DNA of 64,000 nucleotides from Escherichia coli (GTDB lineage Bacteria; Pseudomonadota; Gammaproteobacteria; Enterobacterales; Enterobacteriaceae): NCBI RefSeq assembly GCF_003018255.1, contig NZ_CP027440.1; one strand, 5' to 3'. Shown piece by piece: positions 13,398 to 23,362 of this stretch (position 1 is its first letter; each line of letters starts with the position of its first letter). The notes under the pieces were generated by a model. It saw only the letters and a program-made list of their open reading frames with translations, ran no database searches and was not told where the DNA came from. The position numbers and the translations under genes were made by a program.

Positions 13398-14330
13398 CGA
13401 TACAACCTGATCCAGAAGTAATATAGAACGCCCGTCGCAAACTTGGGGAGTATGCAGAACATGGAATGCCTGAGAAGGATAACCACTCCAGTCAACGGCA
13501 ATGACGCACAACGTAAGGTCTCGGGGCTGAAACCGGGTAATATTATGAAAAATAGCCGGGATATCGCGGTGTAAAGCGTCATTGCCTGGCAGGCGATCGA
13601 TGGGCTTAATCTTGTTTTAACCTGAGCATTACCTGGCATATACCGTCCAATGCTGGTAAGGATGAGGGATGCGTCCCGACTAAGCGCAGCAGTGGCGTCA
13701 AGGATGGCATTCTGGCGGTACTGATGAAATGGAGTCAAATCATCACGGAAAAACTTTTGGCATGATGAGCGAACGGGCATAGAGGTGATCTCCTGAATTG
13801 TTAGCACAACCAGTCGACCACAAAACTCTATGCCCGTCTTTTTTACCCGCCTATTACTGAGGATTTCTCCGTACCATTACCGGCATTTGTTATCTTTCAT
13901 TGCTACATACGTCATCCCCCAACAAAGCAATGCTTTATAATATTATCGTAATGTCTTATTTTTTATTATTGCGATGGCTTTCTGAACATTTTATAGTGTT
14001 AGGTGTAAATCATTTATATTGATTCACGATAGGAGGATATGGACACCACACTTATTTTATGTCACTCAAGAAACACTTAAAATTCGTTGCACGTGTTATT
14101 ATTCTATTAAATAATTGCACATAATAGATTTTTTCTATTATGTAATAAAATAAAACACTATTAGATACTAGATATGCTAATGGTTTTATACTCTAAATAA
14201 TTCGAGTTACAGGTAGTGTATAAGTGAGTTCCCAAGAGCTTGCATAAGTAAGTGACTGAGGGAGCGTAAGTGCAGTACATGCAACTTGTTGCATGACAAA
14301 TATATTATCTATTAACAATAAGAGGTTATA

Positions 14331-14693
14331 ATGAAGAAATATATTTTAGTATCTCTGATGGGATTAAGTTTGAACGCATTTGCGGGTGGCAGCGGCTGGA
14401 ACCCAGACAGGGTAGACCCGAGCCGTTGTGTTATGGCGACGGGGTCAGGTCCTACCTCTGCGGGTTATATGGTATACCGAACGACTGACTCAGTGTGTAT
14501 GCAGGGTATAAATGAAGGAAAAGTGAAAGGTGTCCATATTTATGATGGGCATCATGAGTTCAATGATGGTACTGTTGACACGTTTAGCGGTAATGTTACC
14601 CCAATATCACCTTTGACATTAAAAACTGATGTTCAAAAAGTTAATAAAGTTGGCATCAAACGCTGGTGGTATAAAGCTAGCTGGATTAAATAA
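14331..14693 (+). CDS. Small secreted protein, Aap (dispersin)/CexE family candidate; predicted substrate of the downstream Aat-like system
   Basis: 120 aa; Sec signal peptide MKKYILVSLMGLSLNAFA with AXA cleavage site gives mature N-terminus GGSGWNPD; two Cys (33, 56); AGAGG-like RBS upstream; AT-rich; immediately upstream of the transporter operon. Confidence 0.65.
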   Translation: MKKYILVSLMGLSLNAFAGGSGWNPDRVDPSRCVMATGSGPTSAGYMVYRTTDSVCMQGINEGKVKGVHIYDGHHEFNDGTVDTFSGNVTPISPLTLKTDVQKVNKVGIKRWWYKASWIK

Positions 14694-14732
14694 AAAATAC
14701 CTTGCCAAACGTTAATAAATAACTTAAACACA

Positions 14733-14767
14733 TCGAATGCGAATCTTTGCATTCGGTGTATTTTTTT
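14733..14767 (+). terminator. Rho-independent terminator or attenuator between the substrate gene and the permease gene
   Basis: Hairpin atcgaatgc-gaatcttt-gcattcggt followed by tttttttc. Confidence 0.55.
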
Positions 14768-14774
14768 CAAAAAA

Positions 14775-15902
14775 ATGATTGTTTTTTTTTACATTAAAGA
14801 TGCTTTGCAAAATATTGCTGAAAATAAAAAGCAAATTTTCACATTTGTGATTTTTTTAACACTTAGTTTCATCGGTATAACAATTACTGATTCGTTGATT
14901 TTTAGTGTTTCAAAAAAAGCAGAAGAAGAGCTCAAAACTTATGGTGACAATGTTATTTCTATTGACATCTATAATCAAAAAAATATTAATGAGGTAATGC
15001 AAGTATTATCTCCTATATATAAATCATTATCATACTCAAAAACTTATATATTCAATGGCGGTCAAACACCTTACGATGACAAACCTTTATCAGTGACAGG
15101 TATTGATGCGCTAGGTTTATCCATAAATAAAATAACCACCAATAACATGGAATTTAATGGAGATGTTGCTATTGTTAGTGAGGATAGTCCATATTTACAC
15201 AATGGGATTGTTTTCCTTAATGGGATACCGTTTAAAATTATTGGCGTAATTCCAAAAATGAAAATGGACTTCCTGGACAGTCTTGGGTTATCGAAATATC
15301 AGAGCAACAATCAGCTCTTTGTCCCCTTAAGTACATTATTCAGATTCAAGCTAAGCAGTAATATTGACAATGTTAAGATAGTGTTAAGTGATAAAGTTGG
15401 CGAAAATGATATTAACACAACAAAAAAAACGCTTGGTGAGGAAAAAATACCAGAATACAATATTATAACAGCTCTTGATGTAAGAACCACCGTCGACAAA
15501 GTGTTGAATAGATTCTCCATATTAACAAACACTATATATATAATGTTGACATTGTTTGCTGCGGTTATATGCATTGTGTTGTGTAAACGAACATTTTCTT
15601 CCCGAAGCACAGAATTTGCACTAAAAATTATCCACGGTATAAAACAAAACTCGATAATTCTCGTTGTCATCATAGAATCAATGATTACATTAGTAATTTG
15701 TTTATTCAACTCATTGGTCGCTTCTTATTTTATTATGTTATGGATGTCTCAAATGCTATCTACAGATATTAAAATAAGAGTTGTAATGATTTCATTATCG
15801 TTAAGTGGCGTGCTGTTAATTTTTCTGTGTTCGAATATATTTTTTGGAAAATTGTTTTTCAGAATAAACCCTATATATTTAATTAAAGGTCGCCAGCAAT
15901 GA
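14775..15902 (+). CDS. aatP: FtsX/MacB-like inner-membrane permease of an Aat-like ABC exporter (AatP-like)
   Basis: 375 aa; N-terminal TM helix, large periplasmic domain, C-terminal TM bundle; first gene of the P-A-B-C-D layout; stop overlaps next start (ATGA). Confidence 0.6.
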   Translation: MIVFFYIKDALQNIAENKKQIFTFVIFLTLSFIGITITDSLIFSVSKKAEEELKTYGDNVISIDIYNQKNINEVMQVLSPIYKSLSYSKTYIFNGGQTPYDDKPLSVTGIDALGLSINKITTNNMEFNGDVAIVSEDSPYLHNGIVFLNGIPFKIIGVIPKMKMDFLDSLGLSKYQSNNQLFVPLSTLFRFKLSSNIDNVKIVLSDKVGENDINTTKKTLGEEKIPEYNIITALDVRTTVDKVLNRFSILTNTIYIMLTLFAAVICIVLCKRTFSSRSTEFALKIIHGIKQNSIILVVIIESMITLVICLFNSLVASYFIMLWMSQMLSTDIKIRVVMISLSLSGVLLIFLCSNIFFGKLFFRINPIYLIKGRQQ

Positions 15903-17113
15903 GATTTTTATCAAAGTCTGTTGTTCTGTTTTTTTGTGTTTATATGGTAACTCCATATGCCAAATCTCAGGAATGCATTATGGATGATTACTTCAATAAG
16001 ACTAATATTTTTTCTTCTTATATTCTGGAACAAGAGCATAATAAGAACGAAGAATCTAATAATGTTGCCTCACTTTTACCAAGTATGTCTATTGGTTTGG
16101 GGCAGTATATTAATAATAATAAGAGATTGTCTACTTTCGGGGATAGTGATATATATTTCTCTCTTTCACAGGATATATTTTCTGCATATAAATATAAAAA
16201 TAATAAAGATAAATTAGCCATCCAAAATAACCTGCAAAATTTAGAGTTGCAGAGAAAAAGATATGAGTATTTGTTGGGTTTTTACTATAGCAGCATTAAT
16301 TATACATATCAACTTGAACAAATTCAGTTAACTAAAAAACAAATCCAAAAACTAGAGACAGATTACAATATATCTAAAGAATTATTTAAGATGGGTAAAG
16401 CACCTTATCTTGACACGGAAATAAAAGGAAATAATCTAGATAAAATGAGAAATACACTTAATGAAGTGGAACTGGAAAGGCAGTATTCTCTAATGAAGAT
16501 TAAAAGTGATTATTCTGTCCCAGAAGAATTGTTGCACAAAGTAACAATTGAAGATATAAAAGCGTGTAAAAGATCAAGTATTATAGAATTAGTCAAAAAT
16601 ATTTATAAAAAAAAGAATGAGTCAGTCGATATTGATAACAAAATTAGTGAGTCATCACTCTTACCATCGTTATATTTCTCTGTAGGTTTAACTCCTAAAA
16701 ATGGTGGGACATTGAGCGATATCAGCCTTAGAGAAATGGATTATAACGCTAGTATTAGTGTGAATGTGCCGTTGAGCGATTTTTTTTCATCATTCAACAG
16801 TAAAAAAACAAATGCAATTAATTCAATGAAAAACAATATTGATAACCTTAATGATTTTAGAGAGCTTGAGTTGTTACGTTTTGATATCAATAACAAACTT
16901 CATATCATAAAGAATAAAATTCCGATTCTTAAAAATAATTTATATATAAAAAACAAAGAACTAAACTATATTTCTGAAAGAGTAAAAAATAAGAAAGAAA
17001 GTGTACTTACGTATTACTCACTACAGGATGATATTTATGAAATTGAGCTTAATATCAAAAGAAATGAAAATGAACTTATGTATTATGAACTTTATCTTGA
17101 TTTTCTTGGTTAG
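15899..17113 (+). CDS. aatA: TolC-like outer-membrane factor (AatA-like)
   Basis: 404 aa; signal peptide (MRFLSKSVVLFFCVYMVTPYAKS), long coiled-coil-rich sequence typical of OMF proteins; AT-rich codon usage. Confidence 0.6.
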   Translation: MRFLSKSVVLFFCVYMVTPYAKSQECIMDDYFNKTNIFSSYILEQEHNKNEESNNVASLLPSMSIGLGQYINNNKRLSTFGDSDIYFSLSQDIFSAYKYKNNKDKLAIQNNLQNLELQRKRYEYLLGFYYSSINYTYQLEQIQLTKKQIQKLETDYNISKELFKMGKAPYLDTEIKGNNLDKMRNTLNEVELERQYSLMKIKSDYSVPEELLHKVTIEDIKACKRSSIIELVKNIYKKKNESVDIDNKISESSLLPSLYFSVGLTPKNGGTLSDISLREMDYNASISVNVPLSDFFSSFNSKKTNAINSMKNNIDNLNDFRELELLRFDINNKLHIIKNKIPILKNNLYIKNKELNYISERVKNKKESVLTYYSLQDDIYEIELNIKRNENELMYYELYLDFLG

Positions 17114-17849
17114 TTTTTTTTCTCCACAAGCCTTTTGTGATGTTTACTATGGCGTCTTACATGGGAATAAAATCATGCATTTTAAGAGCCCATACTCTGG
17201 AATTGTGAAATTATCGGATATGGAAGAAGGCGAAATAAAACAGAACGTCACATTATTTGATGTGTTGAATTATGAGTATAATTCCAAGATTCTTTTAATT
17301 GAAAAAAAACTACAGGCTGAATGTAAAAAAAAACGTAGACTTCATAATGACTATAAAGAGAGTAAGCATTCCTATGAGTTGGGATATATATCCAAAGATG
17401 AATTACTTGACATAGAAGATAAAATAAATGATTCGAACATGGCTATTATAAATCAGAATATAGAGAGAAATAATATTACTAATATATTAAAACTTGCAAA
17501 ACCGTTGGTATCATCGCCTTTTATCATAAGGAATATTGCTGTAAGCAATGGGCAATATGTCAATTCAGGAGACGATATCGTAGATATTGAACTTCTGGAT
17601 AAGTTTTTCATTGATGTTAAAATTGATCCTGTGTCTGAACAAGGAAATATCAAAGAAAAAAAGATAAGATATCACTCTTTGGTCAATGGATTATCCGGTT
17701 TAGCATCTGTAGTCCGCATCACCCGTACCTTCGAAAATGGCCAGGATGATAAAAGTTCTGGTTTGAGGGTTGTAACATTGGCCATTGATGGTGATCATAA
17801 AAAACTCGCTGAATTACTCGATACTGCTTTTGAGATTGAAATAAAGTGA
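17067..17849 (+). CDS. aatB: HlyD-like periplasmic adaptor / membrane fusion protein (AatB-like); start codon uncertain
   Basis: ORF-track frame 17001-17849 overlaps the aatA 3' end; likely start at an internal Met (17067, 17073 or 17085) giving N-terminal anchor MNFILIFLVSFFSP; stop overlaps aatC start (GTGA). Confidence 0.55.
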   Translation, partial: KMNLCIMNFILIFLVSFFSPQAFCDVYYGVLHGNKIMHFKSPYSGIVKLSDMEEGEIKQNVTLFDVLNYEYNSKILLIEKKLQAECKKKRRLHNDYKESKHSYELGYISKDELLDIEDKINDSNMAIINQNIERNNITNILKLAKPLVSSPFIIRNIAVSNGQYVNSGDDIVDIELLDKFFIDVKIDPVSEQGNIKEKKIRYHSLVNGLSGLASVVRITRTFENGQDDKSSGLRVVTLAIDGDHKKLAELLDTAFEIEIK

Positions 17850-18475
17850 TTAAATTAGATATTTATGAAAAACAGTTCAAGGATAAAAAAATCCTTAGTT
17901 CTATATCTGTTAATGTTGAAAAAGGTTCATTTCATGTTATTACAGGGCCTTCCGGGGTCGGAAAGAGTTCACTGTTAAACATACTTGGTTTGTTGGATAG
18001 TGAATTTGATGGGAATTATGAGTTTTGTGGTAAAAATATTAATCCGAAGGATTACAATAAAACTTCTCGTATAAGGAAGGAGTATTTTGGTTTTATATTT
18101 CAAGATTCTCTCATTAATGAAAAACAAAGTGTACTACGTAACATTCTATGCTCCGTAGATTATCCTTATTTAAAATTCGCAGAGAAAAATGCGCATACCA
18201 TGCTTGAAATCGTTGGACTCCCTATGCCTGATATGAAGGTTGTGAACCTTTCAGGGGGAGAAAAACAGCGTCTTGCTCTTGCAAGAGCTTTAATAAAAAA
18301 ACCTAAAATTCTTTTGGCCGATGAACCCACCGCGAGTCTGGATAAAAATAATAAAAGGATTATTATGAATATTTTATCCGAATATAATAAAGATGGTGGA
18401 AGTGTCGTCATGGTGACACATGATCTTGAACTAATCACAAGCGACATGAGTTTAATTAAATTAGAGAACAACTAG
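17846..18475 (+). CDS. aatC: ABC transporter ATP-binding protein (AatC-like)
   Basis: 209 aa; Walker A GPSGVGKSS, ABC signature LSGGEKQR, Walker B ILLADEPT. Confidence 0.7.
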   Translation: MIKLDIYEKQFKDKKILSSISVNVEKGSFHVITGPSGVGKSSLLNILGLLDSEFDGNYEFCGKNINPKDYNKTSRIRKEYFGFIFQDSLINEKQSVLRNILCSVDYPYLKFAEKNAHTMLEIVGLPMPDMKVVNLSGGEKQRLALARALIKKPKILLADEPTASLDKNNKRIIMNILSEYNKDGGSVVMVTHDLELITSDMSLIKLENN

Positions 18476-18483
18476 CCAACAAG

Positions 18484-19704
18484 ATGTTTTTGCATATTTT
18501 ATTATTTATCTTCATGCTTTGTTATTATCTGATTTCTAAAGGTAATATTAAGTTATTTTTATTTTTCGTATTAATATATTCTTTTGGCTTGTCATTTGAA
18601 ATGGTTAATGAATATTTTTTTTCGTTAACTCCAACAGTTCATTTCAATTCGATTATTTTATTATATGTTGCTTTATGTAATATCCTGATATTTACCCTAT
18701 ATTACAAGTTATCAAAGAACGGTATTTGGGGATGTGCGATATACGCCGCTGCGATTACCGCTATTTCAGCGATAAAAATATCAATCCCATTAAACCCAAT
18801 AATATTATATTATAAATACAACCTATTTATTCTACCGCAAACAAATTCTCCCTTGCTTAATCTGTATGTTATAAATTTATTACCAGCATTATTTTTTTGT
18901 TGTGATTTTAAAAAAATAATGCTGGTAATTCTATGCTATTTGGCTATGATATTACCCTGTCGCATGCTAATTTCAGATAAAATACCAAAGAGTAATATCG
19001 CTGTTATTCAAGTTGGTCTTTATTATAAAAATGGAGGGACACCTGAAAGGTTTTATAATGACATGGCGAAATTTATAAAAGAAAACAGTGTTGACCTTAT
19101 TGTTTTTTCTGAGAATGTTTACTTTGGTTATAAAAATGAAGTTATTAAAAAAAATACGGATGATTTGTTACTAAAGATTAAAACTGATTCAACACTTAAG
19201 CAAAAAGCATTTTTATTTAATTTTTTTGGATACAAAAAGTTTAATAATGTTATATCCATGTTCTTGCATGTGGATAATTCGCAATTACATCAGAAAACAG
19301 CATTAATTCCTTTTATAGAAAAAAGAGGCGTATTCAATGCTCCAGAAAAGCTTTCATCAGAATATCTAAATATCGATAAAAAAATAAAAAATAATAATAC
19401 ATTTAAGCTTCATGGCTTAAGTTATAGCATATATATATGCTATGAAGCACTGTTTCCTGAAAAATATGTACACAACGGGGTCGTAATAACACAATCTGAT
19501 TACATAAGACTTAATAACGGTAGGGGATATAAGACTACATTGGTTAACGGTAGCTTACTTGCAAAGTTTTCCGTTGCACCAAACACCAAGTTAATAAATG
19601 TCCAGAATTATGGTGGAACTATTGTTTTTAATAATGATTGGGAAATTGACTGGGATATTTATAACAAATCCAAAAAAGAACATTTTTTTGTGGTTACTTT
19701 ATAA
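18484..19704 (+). CDS. aatD: Lnt-like N-acyltransferase (CN-hydrolase domain with N-terminal polytopic membrane domain; AatD-like)
   Basis: 406 aa; hydrophobic N-terminal approx 170 aa; C-terminal domain has VFSEN (E210), QKTALIPFIE (K271) and ICYEALFPE (C319), matching the Lnt E-K-C triad motifs. Confidence 0.65.
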   Translation: MFLHILLFIFMLCYYLISKGNIKLFLFFVLIYSFGLSFEMVNEYFFSLTPTVHFNSIILLYVALCNILIFTLYYKLSKNGIWGCAIYAAAITAISAIKISIPLNPIILYYKYNLFILPQTNSPLLNLYVINLLPALFFCCDFKKIMLVILCYLAMILPCRMLISDKIPKSNIAVIQVGLYYKNGGTPERFYNDMAKFIKENSVDLIVFSENVYFGYKNEVIKKNTDDLLLKIKTDSTLKQKAFLFNFFGYKKFNNVISMFLHVDNSQLHQKTALIPFIEKRGVFNAPEKLSSEYLNIDKKIKNNNTFKLHGLSYSIYICYEALFPEKYVHNGVVITQSDYIRLNNGRGYKTTLVNGSLLAKFSVAPNTKLINVQNYGGTIVFNNDWEIDWDIYNKSKKEHFFVVTL

Positions 19705-19829
19705 TACAGCGAGGGAGTGTTGTTGAAATTTTTATGAGCTATTTACGCGCCCACATATTATTCAAGTCTTGCATATATATGCTGAGTAGTTAAATTCCCC
19801 TGTGCTATGCCAGTTACTCCATTCGCTTC

Positions 19830-21045
<1,216 letters not shown>

Positions 21046-21130
21046 TAACGTTCTTAGCGTAAAACGGTGGTCAATATTACTTGACTACTACAAGCAATGG
21101 TTGCTGGCTAACCACAGTAAGGGTTATCCA

Positions 21131-21751
21131 TTAATCGTGTTGACAAAGCGTTATGAGTTGTTTTCCTCTTATCTGCCATTGCACAGCAAATATCTCGTTC
21201 TCCCAACAAATAATGATCCGCTGTTTATTCCAGTTCACTATCTGATAATCCAGAAAACCTTGATCTGTCTGTAACTTGCTTGCCTTAAACGCACTCTCTT
21301 TCGCTGAAAACGCCAGTGTAAGCACCACAGAAAAGGGTAAATTGCTGACCACAAGCAGCTCGTATTCTGCTGGTGTCATAATGCTGTCTTTCAACTCTTC
21401 CGCTGCTTGTGCAGAGAAGATCTCTTCGATATCAATACCCGTTGGTTGATGGGATACCACCGCTAATGCCGTAGCCTGGCAGTGACTAATACTGCCGTAT
21501 AACCCGGCAGGCCAAAGTGGCTGGCGACGTTCACCGACAGGGGGGGCGTACTTAAAGCCAAATTCCCGTAAAGCATGAACAGCAGCAATCCGTCCGGCTA
21601 AATGTTCGGCTTTGCGTTTCCGTCCGGCATGTTGCAGTTGCGCATAATGCGGCAGCCAGAGTAAATCCTGTTCGTGAAAACTTGCTGGATCGAACTCAAC
21701 AAAATGCAGCGTATGTCCGGCAAAGGGGAGGGAGGTATGCGTAGTTTTCAT
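21131..21751 (-). CDS. entD: Enterobactin synthase phosphopantetheinyl transferase EntD
   Basis: ORF 21131-21829; known start MKTTHTSLPFAGHTLHFVEFDP at internal Met. Confidence 0.9.
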   Translation of the reverse strand: MKTTHTSLPFAGHTLHFVEFDPASFHEQDLLWLPHYAQLQHAGRKRKAEHLAGRIAAVHALREFGFKYAPPVGERRQPLWPAGLYGSISHCQATALAVVSHQPTGIDIEEIFSAQAAEELKDSIMTPAEYELLVVSNLPFSVVLTLAFSAKESAFKASKLQTDQGFLDYQIVNWNKQRIIICWENEIFAVQWQIRGKQLITLCQHD

Positions 21752-21790
21752 ATCGACCATATTAGAGACTGATGACAAACGCAAAACTGC

Positions 21791-21821
21791 CTGATGCGCT
21801 ACGCTTATCAGGCCTACACTA
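21791..21821. repeat. REP / palindromic unit
   Basis: gcctgatgcgctacgcttatcaggcctaca matches the REP consensus; a second PU (tgtaggccggataaggcgttc ... cacgccgcatccggca) is split by the IS. Confidence 0.7.
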
Positions 21822-21872
21822 TCCTGCAATATATTGAATTGGCAAGATTTTTGTAGGCCGGATAAGGCGTTC

Positions 21873-22627
<755 letters not shown>

Positions 22628-22731
22628 ATCAGCATACTTGTCCTTAGCCTTCTGCAGTGACAGCTGGTAGTACAGCGTGCTTCTGGCCAGCCCTGCAGCC
22701 TTTAACAGGTCAGACTGGCAGTGTCCGCACT

Positions 22732-23262
22732 TCAGGCTCCGGATGACTTTCGTTTTTTCTCCAGCTCCTGGCGCTTTTTTTCCAGGAGATGCTCCTGCAT
22801 GGCTTTCAGATATGCATTTTCTGCGCGAAGATAACGCAGCTCATTCTTCATCTCTTCCGGCGTCATGTTTGCCTCGTTTTCATGGGTATCATCAGAACGG
22901 GTCATGCTTTTCTCCTTCCTGCGCCTGATAAAGGCCTCATTACCAGATTTGCGGTAGCCTTTTATCCAGTTTTTAACCATGTTGTGGCTGGGAATGTTAA
23001 ACCGGGCAGCTACCCGGGGTAGAGACTCAGAATGCCCGAGAGCATAAAGAACCACGCAAAGTTTATCTTCAGGAGAATAGCTACGCTTGTGTCTGCAATC
23101 CAGTGCCCGAGGACCGTGAAGAAGAAAAAGATTAATCCAGTGTGAGAGGCTGGTGTGAGAAAGTTGAAAGAGTTTTGCCGTAGAAATGATGCCTGCATGA
23201 CCAGCCAGGTAATGATTTACAGCGGCAAGTTTTACTTCAAATGAATGTTTCATAAACTGCAC
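22732..23262 (-). CDS. IS3-family transposase OrfA (HTH plus leucine zipper)
   Basis: 176-aa ORF with HTH region and C-terminal heptad-rich segment; directly upstream of OrfB. Confidence 0.8.
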   Translation of the reverse strand: MQFMKHSFEVKLAAVNHYLAGHAGIISTAKLFQLSHTSLSHWINLFLLHGPRALDCRHKRSYSPEDKLCVVLYALGHSESLPRVAARFNIPSHNMVKNWIKGYRKSGNEAFIRRRKEKSMTRSDDTHENEANMTPEEMKNELRYLRAENAYLKAMQEHLLEKKRQELEKKRKSSGA

Positions 23263-23362
23263 CTTCAGATGTCAGATTATGTCCAACATTTGGGGTGCAG
23301 TTCAGTTTCACGCCGCATCCGGCATGAATTACGCGCACTTTGTCAACAATCTGACGTTAGCA

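Noticed and set aside
13082-13807. 241-aa minus-strand ORF spanning the hok-like gene and adjacent sequence
   Set aside because: Overlaps the hok/mok-like frames on the opposite strand and has no coherent domain; treated as a chance frame over a recombination junction rather than a gene.
14775-18475. Alternative reading of the transporter genes as a LolCDE- or MacAB-type housekeeping exporter
   Set aside because: The cluster adds a dedicated TolC-like factor, an Lnt-like acyltransferase and a small signal-peptide protein with N-terminal glycine, and is compositionally foreign; this fits an Aat-type system better than a core Lol/Mac paralogue.
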